Below the pieces are notes generated by a model. The model saw only the letters and a program-made list of their open reading frames with translations. It was not told the DNA's origin and ran no database searches. From the NCBI GenBank assembly GCA_030141605.1, contig JAQGDQ010001027.1, forward strand, positions 1 to 48,668: a DNA stretch of 48,668 nt. Direction: 5' to 3'. This document shows positions 11,549-26,615 of this stretch, piece by piece. The position numbers and the translations under genes are program-made. This DNA is from Tubiluchus corallicola. Taxonomy: Eukaryota > Animalia > Priapulida. Numbering within the stretch: the stretch's first letter is position 1; every line of letters starts with the position of its first letter.

Positions 11549-12833
11549 ATCTATGAAATTCATAGAGGGCAGCATCATATCATGCACGTTATTTTTGAGT
11601 ACATAATCTATGTCAGCCACACGTGTTTAGCGTTTTTCACTGTGGATAAAATTTCCATTAGTAACGTACACACGCACTGCATAGAACATTTTAATATACG
11701 GATAAGATTCCCGCTATTGTACGTTAAACTTACTGATTCATTGGCGAAACTTCCATTTTACAGTGAGGATAAAATTTCCATTAGTAACGTACACACGCAC
11801 TGCATAGAACATTTTAATATATGGATATGATTTCCGCTATTGTACGTTAAACTTACTGATTCATTGGTTTTTTTGTGGGTTTTTGTGTTGTGTTTTTTGG
11901 TGTTTGTTTGTGTTTTTGTTTTGCGAAACTTCTATTTTACAGTGAGGATAAAATTTCCACTAGTAACGTACAACACACTGTGCGAAACTTCGCATGCGTA
12001 CAAACTACAAAAGCAATTTTACGGTGAGGATAAGATTTCCACTAATGTACGTCAGACATCTTTAGGTAAATGAAATGGCAATCACAACGCAGTTTGTAAC
12101 TGCAGATAAGATCTCCACTATTGCCCATAAACAACCCGGATTCAGGTTGTGGTGCTGACAAGCCACTGGCGTAGCAGTGTCTAGGTTTTTTTGCTGGGTT
12201 ACTGCTGCGTTTACCTGTCTGAAGGCAGATTTATTTTATTTTAGAATTCTGCCTGCCCAATGTCTACAATAGACGTGACGGGCGTGATGATGATGATGAT
12301 GATGACGACGACGATGATGATGACGATGATGATGTTCTGCTGCAATATACATTAAATGGGTTCTGTCGATTCTGAATTCCTGGTGCAGTGAGTGAAAATA
12401 TTCTCTAATACGATTATATTATGGGACAGAGCAACAATAGATAGAATAACTAGGACCACCAAAAGAATTAGTGTTTTGTAATTGGATATAAAACTGCCAT
12501 TATTCTCAAACTTAGTAAACGTTAATACTTCAATTATGAATCACAATGAAAGTCTCGCTGAAATACAGCACAACTCAATAAATGTTCTAACATGGTTCAT
12601 AGACAACAAAACCCGCTATTGTAGCAAATGCGGACTATTGGGAATCATGTAATTTCAGTTTGATGCGTTCCTAAAAATCGACTCAATCAACAAATTTCTC
12701 TGTTCACACGCGAGCGAAATTAACCACGACGCTGGGGAGCCGTACGCGCACGTAAACTAGATAGGCAATTTAACTCTTTGGCCTATAGGCATACTTCTTA
12801 TGTAAAACTAGGCTAGGCAGGTTTACAGGAAGT

Positions 12834-13407
12834 TTAAGGGAAGACAGGATGACTTTTCATATACTACCCATTTTCAAATCCGATAAAAAGTATACCTATT
12901 ATCACAATTCATACTGCTAAAGCGGTTCTGATAATTAAATTATAGATTAAAAACTCAATTAACGACTGGCGAGTCCAATTATCGATGACATCACAAACTA
13001 ACATAATTTTATACAGCAAAAATATTCCACGAGCGTGTTGCACGTGTTTCTCAAAGCGAAAATTGAAGTACTGTGCCACTGTAAGATATTCAGTGTGTTG
13101 TACTAAAACTAGGCAGGTTTTAAGATAAAAACGTCACAAACTAACACATCATCTGTTATGTGAGGTACAGCATCTGGTTTTTGTGGAATGCATTTCCGAA
13201 ATGCAGACGCTAGTGCCCGTCTAACTAGCGAATGGTTTAATGTATGTAACAGCGAAGAACTAGTGGCGCGAACGTGAAATTGTGTTTGTGTGGTAATAAT
13301 TCTTTCACCTAAATCATTTTTGAAAAAAATAGTAAGTTTCCTTTCAATATTTTACAAAATGGATTGTTTTGACCTACAGTTTAAGATTGGGTCAGGTTTT
13401 GATTTAA
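12834..13407 (+). mobile_element. Kolobok/T2-like MITE family A (mirror of 3409-3981)
   Basis: TTAA-GGGAAGACAGGATG ... gggtcaggttttgat-TTAA. Confidence 0.85.
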
Positions 13408-13925
13408 CATCCTTTAGTAGAACTGTAATAACGTGCATTTCATCTAGTTGTAGTTCAGTTTGTAGGTCACGGAAGAGAATTCCTCTCTGTACAGTATCAA
13501 ACGCCTAGCTCATATTAAGTAACAAAATCGAGGTTTTATAAGAATTGGATATAACATCTTTTTCTGCTAATATCTTTGCTGATACTACTAGTTCAGTAAT
13601 GCTTCGTCGCTTCCTATATGCAGCTTGACTTGATGGTTACCATTTAATCTGTCATCTATGCATCTGATCATGCATATATCCAAGATTTTCCTTAACAAAC
13701 TCAGCAGTACAACTGGTCTTAAATTTTCTTCTTTTTAGGCTTTGGAATAGGCACTAATACCCCCTGTTTAACTTCTTTCTTTTAGACAGTTATAGTATTT
13801 AATAAGTTTGATATTTCAATGCTAATGAACTTTGGCCCATGCTTTAGCTGTTCTGCTACAAGATTATTTATACCAGGGCTTATTCCATTCTTTAAAGATT
13901 TTATTGCCTCCAAAACCTCTTCTGG
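13408..13925 (-). pseudogene. Decayed LINE RT fragment (mirror of 2883-3408)
   Basis: Translates to SLKNGISPGINNLVAEQLKHGP, ENLRPVVLLSLLRKILDICM, QAAYRKRRSITE and LLLNMS*AFDTVQR, with frameshifts and stops. Confidence 0.85.
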
Positions 13926-15033
13926 AAGTTTTTACCTAACAAAAATATATTTTACTGTGCAAAATTCAACAGGTATTTGCAAAACGATTAGTTATCATTC
14001 TTAAATCCCTTCAAATTTTCCTGGAATACAAATTTTTCGTTGTAAAACTTCTCATTTTCTCTCACGTCAAGCAAACAGCAATCACTTAACACGGAATGGA
14101 GTCGATTTCCAGGAAAAACTCGTATAAAACGAAGTCATCAAGGTTATCTCCATCCTGCAAGCCTCGCGGCTTCTTGAACGTAACGCAAACACCTAGCGTC
14201 TAAAATAGTTTCCATGTATCTGTACGTTAGAACGAACTCATTGTGCGTTTTTTTTAGCAAAGACCTGAATGCAATTCAGCGCGCACGTGTTGGCTTAACA
14301 CTTCTACATCCACTCACTTCGCGGCAGAGCCAATGCATATAAATGTGCACTTTCCACGCCAAATCAAACTCTTCAGGGTCATAATAAGATAGTGCACTTC
14401 TGAGACTTGACATAATAAGGAAAAGAAAGTGTTCTTAATATGTCAAAAAAAACTTTTATTTTCCAGAAGCTTTCGTCCTTTACGGACTTTGTCAGCTATA
14501 AGGTAGAAATAAAATTATAAAAAATCATAAAAATTACAGATAAAACTACACGTAACGTAAAAGTACACAATGAATCTTGTATCTCTTTTTTTAATGTTAT
14601 TGTATACTCACACTTTACATGTAGTTTTATCCGTAATTTTTATCATTTTTATAATTGTATTTCTACCATATAGCTGACGAAGTCGACGAAAGCTTCTAGA
14701 AAAATAAAGTTTTTTTTGAGATTTAAAGGACACGTTTTCTTCCTTCTCTGGGAGAAGTGAGGCTTTTTATACAGGAATGCAATTAGGTCCTATATCATCA
14801 CACAATCAAGGGCGAAGAGGATCAAAAACCTTCCGCGAAGAAAAATAGAAACGTTAAAGTGGCTTTTGGGCGTCAAAGGAAATGAAGAGGAAGTTGATTT
14901 GAATTTTTCAACTTTTTCGCAACGTTTGTTGAGCAAAAGAAAATTTGACTTGACAACTGTAATAAAGTCACTTTGATTACGTAGAAAAATTGAAATCCAA
15001 CCAACCTGTAGATAGAAGTGACTGCAAATTTAA

Positions 15034-16705
<1,672 letters not shown>

Positions 16706-16872
16706 TAGGTTGAGTTTTCCTTTAATCATTGTCTGGTGGATTTGATTGACTGATCGCTCGTAACTTTACAGTTTTAATCAACGAACGTGTCTTTCCCAGA
16801 TTAAAATTGCAATTAATCAACATTTTGCTTTAAATCTATATAGAGTAAATGTCTAAATCTGAGAAGTAACTT

Positions 16873-16944
16873 GGCTCTGTGGTGCAGTGGTTAGCATAGC
16901 TGCCTGGATAGTAGAAGGTTTGAGTTCTAATCCCAGTGAGTACA
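16873..16944 (+). mobile_element. tRNA-derived SINE head / tRNA pseudogene
   Basis: A-box-like TGGTGCAGTGG (16880-16890) and B-box-like GTTCTAATCC (16924-16933) at tRNA spacing. Stems are degenerate; (CT)n tracts follow. Confidence 0.65.
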
Positions 16945-16965
16945 AAACGTTTTCAAATTGTGTTT

Positions 16966-16967
<2 letters not shown>

Positions 16968-17002
<35 letters not shown>

Positions 17003-17018
17003 ACACTAAAATGTGCCT

Positions 17019-17075
<57 letters not shown>

Positions 17076-17261
17076 ACACTGCTATATATACTGTAGCCCA
17101 ATAAAGCAAAATTGTAAATATTGTAAATACTTCATTATGTGTATTTAATTGTGTGAAACTACTAACCGATAATTGTATATTGATTTATATGTATAATGTT
17201 TGTTTTGAAAAAAAGTAGTCAACAAAATCAAAATCCTTTTCTCTCTCTCTCCCTCTCTCTC

Positions 17262-17292
<31 letters not shown>

Positions 17293-17335
17293 TCCTTCCA
17301 TCTCTCTTCTCCCTCCTCTCTCTCTCTCTCTCTCT
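16968..17335. repeat. Three (CT)n microsatellite tracts
   Basis: Directly visible at ~16968-17001, ~17023-17074 and ~17240-17335. Confidence 0.95.
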
Positions 17336-18128
17336 GTATGGGTTTGTCTATCCCATCTCTTCCTTGTCGAGCAAGTGTAAAAGACGCATATAATAACATT
17401 TCAGACTTCTAAATCATTTCTTGCATACATTTACTGAGAAAAAATAATCCTTTACGTTAGAGGATACCAGGGCAGCTGCAAGGCATGCAACAAACCACAT
17501 TCGCACTCGCCAAGCAATGAAATCCGGGCGTACATAATAGATAAAACATCTGGGCAAAGATTAAGAACTGTAACATTAGAACAGGTGCACGTTAAAGCTT
17601 CTATTCAACTTGGTCCATTAAGCCAAGCAGACGCTGCAAAACCGGATCACGTATATAGCTTTATGCGAGTTATTGAATATTCTTAGCTTTTACTCACTCA
17701 CAGCCAATCGTGTGTTAAACGTTGAAAGTGTCTCTATTTTTGATGCGTCCACGACGCAATTACCAGCCAAGAATTTTCCTCTTTTTTCAAAAGGTCTTAA
17801 GCAGCGACTTCATCTGTTCCCAACTGTGCCATTAGCCGTGTTTGTGCGAGTCGCACAAATGCAGCAAAAATCTCCCAGCTTTTTACTTAGCAAATTTAAT
17901 ATTTCATCGGCAAAGAATCTCGTCACTGCGTTTTTATTGACAAGCATTAAACAGCCGCCATTCTGGGTTTAAATTAAACGTTGTACGCGTTTTTATACCG
18001 TCCAATCAGTTACGTCTGTTAATATGGAAGCAATTACTACCAACAAGCGATGACAAATCACAATGCAGTCTCCATTTAATTCTTCAGTTATCGTATTGGA
18101 AAAAGTAAGATTATGTAAATTGTCAAGG

Positions 18129-18554
18129 CGTGGATGAAGAATGGTTAGTATGTCAGTTAAGCAACGTAAAGCCTGGTCAATACGTGGATGAGGAAGAACG
18201 GTTAGTATGTCAGTTAAGCAACGTAAAGCCTGGTCAATACGTGGATGAGGAAGAACGGTTAGTATGGCAGTTAAGCAACGTAAAGCCTGGTCAATACGTG
18301 GATGAGGAAGAACGGCTAGTATGTCAGTTAAGCAACGTAAAGCCTGGTCAATACGTGGATGAGGAAGAACGGTTAGTATGTCAGTTAAGCAACGTAAAGC
18401 CTGGTCAATACGTGGATGAGGAAGAACGGTTAGTATGTCAGTTAAGATACGTAAAGCCTGGTCAATACGTGGATGAGGAAGAACGGTTAGTATGTCAGTT
18501 AAGCAACGTAAAGCCTGGTCAATACGTGGATGAGGAAGAACGGTTAGTATGTCA
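18129..18554. repeat. 57-bp minisatellite, ~7.5 copies, plus a detached partial unit at ~18708-18757
   Basis: Unit gttagtatgtcagttaagcaacgtaaagcctggtcaatacgtggatgaggaagaacg. Confidence 0.97.
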
Positions 18555-19229
18555 GAAATAACAGAGAAATGCGCCTGGATATATCTATGGTTTTTGCGTC
18601 TGCGCTTTATTTTTTCTGCATCTATAGTCTCGACTAGGTTATCAGAATTGAATGGAATAATTTTACCCAGATCTTTCAACTTGTTGATTTTTTACGGAAA
18701 AAAACCGCAGTTAAGCAACGTAAAGCCTGGTCAATACGTGGATGAGGAACCGAACGGTTCATCTATCTGCTGGTTCTGAATGTTTGTCACGTTGAGCATG
18801 AATGCATGAATGAGTTGAGTTGTCAGTTAGATACCGTTCCTGCCACAACTGTTCGCCTTTAACTGCTACGAAGTACTAAATTCCTGCTTGAAGAGTGCAT
18901 AGCAGTATAAAAAACTTGTATATGTGTTTATACAAAGACTACAGTGAGAGATTTACTTTTCTTATCTCATGGAAATCTAAATTGTAAACTGAAGAACAAT
19001 AACAGTGACCATACTTTAGCAATTTAGCGGATTAACTGGATTGTCATTCTTTTTGTCACTGCCACTGAATCTGAAATTTAGAAGAACTCAAAGAACTCAG
19101 ACGTTATACCGAGCATTAAAGATTTCTTAAAGGTCTTATAAAATTAAACTCACCTATTAATGAAAAAACAGCCTTTTAAAGCACACGAAACTCTTCACTT
19201 ACATAAAGCTTAAAAAATCGTTTTGAAAT

Positions 19230-19410
19230 TTTTCACCACTTACGTATTGCCTTTTTGCATACAGGGCTTGCGTCGGCAATAACACTGCATAAAACATGTA
19301 AACTTCCGCGATGACCGTTAGACGCAGCCATTTTGACGGTAAGTCACTTGAAACAAGTTTAGGTAACACTGAGTGAAGTTTGAAAAAATAATCAGAGCAT
19401 TCGTACCGCA
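19230..19410 (-). repeat. Unclassified dispersed repeat; diverged inverted partner at ~27490-27655
   Basis: Shared core tacgaatgctctgattattttttcaaactt...tgtta..taaa.ttgtttcaag...aaaa.ggctgcg. Confidence 0.7.
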
Positions 19411-19835
19411 CACGTCGCTTACTAAGTAAAATTTAAAATTACTGTATCTTGTCAATAAGATTAAAACACGTTTTTTTATTATTGAGTGGTGCACCCTGGA
19501 GGGTGAGTCAGCGACATTTTCCAATTAGTGAAAACGTTTTGATTAATTAATAATTTTTTTCTAGCTACATAAGTCTTTCTACCAGGTAAGCGAAATGCAA
19601 ATTAATGTAACTTTGCATAGAAAGTTTTTTGAGACATAGTTTAACATTTCCTTTTCTTCCCCTCATTTACGTTGTGCGTGTATGACGTCATGTAATGGCG
19701 CCGTTGAAACAGCATTGCAGCAGATTTAAAATGAAAACAAACAAAAATTCTTTTCAACGCGTGTACGATACACGCAAAAAATGCTGTAAAGTAATATTAT
19801 TTCTTCTGAAACCTACTTCAGGTACCCCCTTTTCT

Positions 19836-20360
19836 TGTCATAAGTCATAAGTCATTTATTTCATATTACACATTTACAATGATTACATATACAATATCTA
19901 GTGAAAGGGCCTACAATGGATATAATACAAATAAGAAATACTGCACAGGAAAAGCCTCACACACTGTTCACTTATATACGAAGGTAAATCTGTTGTGGGC
20001 AATCAAAAAGCAGGGCTTGTTAGATTGTCCCACACAGTGATAGAAAAAAAAGTAATAGAGATAATCTGAAAATTTAAAGTGAATCGTGATAAAAAAAACA
20101 TTAGTGCTTAAAATGGAATGACACAATGAATGAATCTCATATATGGAATGATATAAAAGATAGAAAGACTATTATTTGTTAATAGTATGTAAAATTAAGA
20201 TAACTTAATTAAGCTAACACCACTGTTTTGCCACTACTGTGAGGATGGATACTGATAGAAATTTTGATTACTCACTGATACTTACTTAAAATTTGATTTT
20301 TTAGCATTTTTTTAAATCTAGTAATAGATCTGCTATTTTTTGCGGATTGAGAAATATTGT
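19836..20360 (-). mobile_element. Probable 3' end of a CR1/L2-type LINE
   Basis: Minus strand encodes NISQSAKNSRSITRFKKMLKNQILSKYQ*, then an AT-rich UTR, AATAAA and a short (TGACTTA)n tail. Confidence 0.5.
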
Positions 20361-20791
20361 CCTTTAAATATTAAGATTGAATTCAAAACTTGAAATTCTA
20401 TCGCCTTTAGTCAGATTTATCCTGATAGAGTTAACCGCTCTGCTGTGAGCTTATAGAAATCTAGAACAAGAAATGTTTGTAATCCTTCCAAGCCGTAGCA
20501 GCACATGTTTCAGATTTACCCCCGCTCTCACACGGTACACCCAAAATCCAACTAAGAGCAACCGTTGTGGTTTTGTTAGCTTAGCTGCAACTTATAAAAG
20601 AATTTAGGCTATGCACAAGAACAGAAAATATACTCGCCAAGTCCTAATATTGTTTCATCTCTGCATGTGTGGGGTTGGTTGTGGTATAAAAACCTGGGGG
20701 TAATTTTTTTGTATAAACATAATTATTTACATATTGCAGAATTGTCAATAATGCAGCAAGCTTGAACTAGGTTCATAACAGTTTACATAGT

Positions 20792-21358
20792 TTAAAGGAA
20801 GACAGGATGATTTTTCATATTCTATCCTATTTTCAACGCAATAAAGTTTACATTTTGACCTAATTAATACTGTAAAGGTGTTTCTGATAATTAAGTAATA
20901 GATTAAAATCTTAATAAACGCCGGGCGAGCCCAGCTATTGATGATATCACAAACTAACATAATTTTCAACAGCACAAATATTCCACGAGCGTGTTACATG
21001 TGTTTGTGAAAGAGAAAATTGAAGTAAAGTGCTATGGTAAGATATTTAGTGTGTTGTACTAAAACTAGGAAAGTTTTAAGATAAAAATTCAAATTTCAAA
21101 TTTACCACTGTGCTCACGCATGAGCTGTCAAACGTGACAAATTAACAAATGTGAAATGAGAGGTACAGCATCTGGTTTTTGTGCAATGCATTTCCGAAAC
21201 GCAGAAGTGCCCGTCTAACTAACGAATGGTGAAATACATGTAACAGCGAAGAACTAATGGCGCGAACGTGAAATTGTGTTTGTGTGGCAATAATTCTTTC
21301 ACGTAAATCATAGATTGTTTTGACCTACAGTTTAAGATTGGGTCCGGTTTTGCTTTAA
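20792..21358 (+). mobile_element. Kolobok/T2-like MITE family A, full length
   Basis: TTAA-AGGAAGACAGGATG ... GGGTCCGGTTTTGCT-TTAA. Confidence 0.9.
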
Positions 21359-22744
21359 GAAAAACGGAAACAACCCCATACACACTCTGTGATGATAATT
21401 AATTACAATAATTAGCATGGTTAATAAGAACACAACGCAGAAGGGAAGAAAAACAGGAAGTTTTACACCTCTACCATGGAGTGTCTTCAACCGAAATATA
21501 ATTAATTAAATTAAATTAAAAATTAAAAAAAGAAAATCAAGCAATTAAAATCAAGAAAATTAAAAAAAGAATCACCAAAAGCTCTTTTTTGGATTTTTCT
21601 AACAATACCCAATGCTGAATAAGCAGCACAGAGCATTATGACTAAAGTAACAAATACAATCCTTGCTAGTCGTAGCGTAAAACTGGTATAAAGTTTACTA
21701 AATTATTCTTTAAAACCTTCTTAATAATACCTGTGATTTACAACTGTGTCTAAGCTTTCCCGTCTTGCTAATAACCAGTTAGACTTGAAAAGGCTGTTAA
21801 AAGAAAAGCGTATTCGAATATTAGCTGAACTTTTTTACACGTCATTGTTTTAATAAGCTTTATACTACGACTAGCAAATAAGTCTAGCATGGATTTTATG
21901 TATTTTAGTCATGCTGTTCTGCGCTGTTTAGTCTCTGCCTTTAGACACTAATGTAATTAAAATGTATATAGATATTGTAAAAGAACTAACCCAAAATGAT
22001 CTTATAGTAAATTGATTATACAATGATTATAAATATTGGATATATATTTAGAATAAGTAAATCGTAATGCAAAATTGTCAGCTTGTTTAGTAAGAAATTT
22101 ATTTAATGTACATAATGTATAAACTTTTTTGTACTTTTGTGCCCTGCAAATAGAGGGCTTATTGTATAATTTTCAATAAATATTTTTAATAATAATCTCT
22201 GCCTTTTCAACGTTCTGCATTGTTACAAAAATCCAAAAAATAGTTTTTAGATATTCTTCTTTCTTCTTTTTTACTTTTTCTTCTGAACATACTCCACGGT
22301 GATAGATTGAGTGTTTTTTCCCGTCTTTTCCATATTGAAAGTTTTTTATTTGTACTTGCTGGATATAAACGAATGTCATAAATTGAGAAAGACAAGTTTT
22401 TCAACAGTCAATTTTTGAACAACACGAGGATTACGAAGGAAATATCCTGTTTAGTAGACAAAGTTTAGCAATAAATTTAGGATTTATCCTGTGTGTCTAG
22501 ATTTGCTGCAGCATCATTCCAGAAAATGACAAAAGTTCGACAACAGCATTCAGATGAACGTAAAGTAACTAATGTCCGCATCCTTATTTATTAACAGAAC
22601 TGTTAATTTTTTGAAATTATTGCTGAAACTAAGTCACAAGAATGATTAGAAGTCTACGTTCAAACTGAAAATTTCAGTCGGGTGAATTTTATGATTTTAT
22701 GTAAACTTTCTACTATGTAAAACATTGAAATGTAACATACTAAT

Positions 22745-23264
22745 TTTTCAAGAAACATTTTAGTGAAAGAATTATTACCACAGAATCGCAATTTTACATT
22801 CGCCCGGCTAGGTACTCGCTCTTCGTTGTTCGCCATTAGACGGGCACTATCGTCTGCATCTTGAACACGCACTGAACAAAAAACGGGAGCTTGTACCTCT
22901 CAGTTCAGAGGTGTTCAGTTGTGACGTAGCGTACACGTGCGAGAGCTTATGCGTGACTGCAGCAGTAAACTTGAAAATTGAATGTTAAACTTCAAATTGG
23001 CCGAGTTTTTGCATATCACACTAAATGTTGTACAGTAGCACTGTACTTCAATTTTCGCTTTCGCAAACACGTACAACACGCTCAAGGAATATTTTTGCTG
23101 TTCAAAATGTTAGTTTGTGATGTCATCAATAGTTGAGCTCGCCCGCTGTTAATTAAGTGTTTAACCTATTATTTAATTATCAGAAACACTTAGGTTAAAA
23201 TGTATACTTTTTACCACACTTCAAAATGGCGTAGAATACGAAAAATCGTCCTGTTTTCCTTTAA
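22745..23264 (-). mobile_element. Kolobok/T2-like MITE family A, diverged, one terminus missing
   Basis: Ends tcctgttttcct-TTAA; internal blocks are colinear with the other copies. Confidence 0.8.
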
Positions 23265-23616
23265 ACTATAACTTGTTATATTAACCATTCGTCAACATAA
23301 CTGAAGAATAGGGCTTCCTCGAATTTAATTGACTGAGTTTGAAGAAGCCAAGTACATTGTCTATAACTGGCACAACGCAATTACATTGTTGATCTTACCG
23401 TGTAGAATCTAGGCTGATTCGAGTGTGGCTCGCCATGTCAGACATGCAAACTTCGGAGGATTAACTCAAACGGCTTCATTGATTTTCCAAGGTAAATATT
23501 ATGCCTACAAATATAACTAATAGAAAACATGGCTTCATGTTATATTAGCAATTTATGCATTATTTTATCACATTCTAGCCCCAAGGGGTTTAAAAGAGTT
23601 ATAATTAGTTAATGAT

Positions 23617-23757
23617 AATCAATTATTGAGACCATTTTTATATGATTTAGTCACTAAATCATATAAAAGTCACTAATATGATTTATGATTTAGGTATGAC
23701 TAATATGGTATATGATTTAGTCTATAAATCATATAAGAATGGTCTCAATAATTGATT
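23617..23757. repeat. Nested palindrome
   Basis: Perfect 20-bp outer inverted repeat aatcaattattgagaccatt / aatggtctcaataattgatt enclosing two atatgattta...taaatcatat mini-hairpins. Confidence 0.9.
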
Positions 23758-24054
23758 TTCAGATGTAGTGTTCTTATAGATCAGAATCATGGATAAGAAA
23801 AAGAGGAAGATTGAAGAAGAACAGCGAGTCAAAACAGGTTAATGTCACTGTACTACTCAGACTGTGTGATACACATTTCTAATATGCATTGTAATGAAAT
23901 TACCGCAATCTGTCGTGAAAGTAGAAATATATGGTTTTCAATATGAATTTTAATAACTTCTAAAATAGTTTCTTGAGTGTAGTAGTAATGACGTACGCAG
24001 GTCGGATGCAAAAAAAATCGTTATTAGGCCTTTCTGTACTTGGCTCCTTGATCA

Positions 24055-24128
24055 AACTGCATGTGGCCCGCAGGAATTGCGGGAAAGTTTAACGTGGCCC
24101 GGCTAGTCAGATAATGTGCACACCCCTG
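24055..24128 (+). mobile_element. Possible hAT transposon terminus
   Basis: Two tggccc subterminal motifs then ...cacacccctg (reverse complement CAGGGGTG), as in Charlie-type hAT ends. No partner end found. Confidence 0.45.
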
Positions 24129-24751
24129 GTTTAGTGTGTGTGTGTGGCAGTACCCTGGCCTGTGGCAGTTGGGAATTTCTTATTAATTTTTAATGATTTT
24201 AATTTCGAGATCATTAAGTAAGTATCGATCGATTAATGAAATTGTTTTTGAGCGTCAATTTACGACTTTTCCACCGTTTTCTTAATTTGCCCTCAGAAAA
24301 TGTCCAATGCAATAAATAATTAAATGAAATAAAACGAAATGCAATAAAATAAACAGACAGTTGTTTAAAATAAAGTGTTTTGATGACGCATTGCCATAAA
24401 ATAGTACAGTCAACTTAATTAAAACGCCTCCCTTTACAATGCTAAACTCCATTAACGACAAAATTTTAGATAAAACAAAATTTCAGCACAGAATTATGCA
24501 ACACAAAATTTAAAAATTTACACTAAAAACTGGAAAATACACAATATCTTGCGCTATTAAAAGCCTCGAAAATTTACAAGAAAATGTAATGAAAGTTTAT
24601 GCAGCAATTAAGAATACAAATCATCAGTTAAAAAGTCAGTGATGACAACTTCAATAAATAATGCCATATTCTAACTGTTCTACTACAAAATCACACATCA
24701 GTTTAGTGGCACGTACAATTTACTAAAAAATTGAGAATCCAATCATTCTTG

Positions 24752-25291
24752 AGCGCAACTGTTAATGACATCACAAACTAACACAATTTTCAACAGCAAA
24801 AATATTCCATGAGCGTGTTTCCCGTGTGTGTGAAAGCGAAAATTGAAGTACAGTGCTACTGTAAGATATTCAGTGTGTTGTACTAAAACTAGACGCAAGT
24901 TTTAAGATGAAAATTCAAATTTCAAATTTACCGCTGTGCTCACGCATGAGCTGTCGAACGTGTGCAGTTCATCATAAACTAACACATCTAAATTGAGAGG
25001 TACAGCACCTGTTTTTGTGGAATTCCTTTTCGAAATGCAGTAGTAATAGTCTAACTAACGAATGGCAAAATGCATGTAACAGCGAAGAACTAGTGGCACG
25101 AATGTGAAATTGTGTTTGTGTGGTATAATAATTCTATGGTATAAATTCTGAGGTATAAATTTATATGGTATGTGGTATAATAATTCTTTCACGTAAGTCA
25201 TTTTTGAAAAAAATAACATGTTTCCTTTCAATATTTTAAAGAGTAGATTGTTTTGACCTATAGTTTAAGATTGGGTCCAGTTTTGCTTTAA
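24752..25291 (+). mobile_element. Kolobok/T2-like MITE family A, 5'-truncated
   Basis: Colinear with the other copies; ends gggtccagttttgct-TTAA. Confidence 0.85.
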
Positions 25292-25607
25292 CACTTATGA
25301 ATGTTCTTACATCATGAAGACTTAGTAAGAAGAAAAAGAAGAAGAAGAAGAAGAAGAAGAAGAAGACTAACTCTTCATGAAAACTGCGTGTACAAAACGA
25401 CTAATTGAAATTTGTAATTAGCGTACAGATAAAACAGCAAAATCATTTAACAAGGATTAACAGGATTAAGATAATCCGGAAAACTGTCATAACAAACGAA
25501 TAGCAGACGCCGGAAATTAATCTCTATCTTAAATCATTCAAATTAATCCGACAAATTCGCTATACATCATTTTTTTCTTTCCCTACGTGTGTTCGACTCA
25601 AGCAAAA

Positions 25608-25686
25608 AGAGGAGGAGTGTTTTGTCTCTTGTTTTGAATCATCGTAACAGGAGGAGTGTTTTGTCTCTTGTTTTGAATCATCGTAA
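25608..25686. repeat. ~39-bp tandem duplication
   Basis: aggaggagtgttttgtctcttgttttgaatcatcgtaa occurs twice. Confidence 0.9.
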
Positions 25687-26129
25687 ACTCGCTGCAGCTG
25701 TTCTGAAAATCACGTGTGCATCAGAACTCGCTCTAGAATGTCTGGCTTCATCTGCCAAAGTCGCCAGAAAATTCTAATTAGATTATTCCGAATAAATATT
25801 GTCATATTTACTCGTTTAATATAGATCACTAGTCAAGTTGTTATTTTTGCAAGCGGAGAAATGGAAAATAAACAAGTAAACAGATCGGATGGGTGTGGCT
25901 GAAATGAAATGGTAAATGAATCAGTCGATTCGTGTTGCATGAATCCACGTTGTAAATGTTATGGCTTCTCTACGGAGGTTTAAAGCAGCTGAGAGCTTAA
26001 TTAGCGCATTTGATGTAATCATGTCTCTCCCAGCGGGTAAATAATTTCACTATGTATCAAATGTAATAACAATGAAGAAGTGGAAGCTGTCTTTTACTGA
26101 ACATCTATCTGTAATATCTGTGAAGATAA

Positions 26130-26303
26130 CAACGCAACAAAAGCAGCAGCAGCTACAACAACAATAACAGCAGCAGTAGCAGCAGCAGCAACAACAACAG
26201 CAACAATGACAACAGTAACAGCAGTGGTCACAGCAGTAGCAAAAGTAGTAACAGCAGTTATAGCTTAAGCAACAGCAACAAAGCAGCAGCAACAGTAGCA
26301 GTG

Positions 26304-26394
<91 letters not shown>

Positions 26395-26408
26395 CAGCAA
26401 GTAGTAGT

Positions 26409-26487
<79 letters not shown>

Positions 26488-26488
26488 G

Positions 26489-26536
<48 letters not shown>

Positions 26537-26615
26537 CAGCAGCAGCAGTAGCAGCAGTAGCATAACCAACAGCAGCAGAAGAAGAAGAACAGCAACAGCA
26601 ACAGCAACAAAAACA
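26130..26615. repeat. Compound trinucleotide tract (CAA/CAG/TAG)n
   Basis: Directly visible; includes a long pure (TAG)n and (CAG)n runs. Confidence 0.97.

Noticed and set aside
16873-16944. Functional tRNA gene
   Set aside because: Acceptor and anticodon stems pair poorly and the B-box deviates from consensus; better explained as a SINE head or pseudogene.
17993-18679. ORFs of 228 and 143 aa with 19-aa repeats
   Set aside because: Products of the 57-bp minisatellite, open on both strands, with no recognisable domain.
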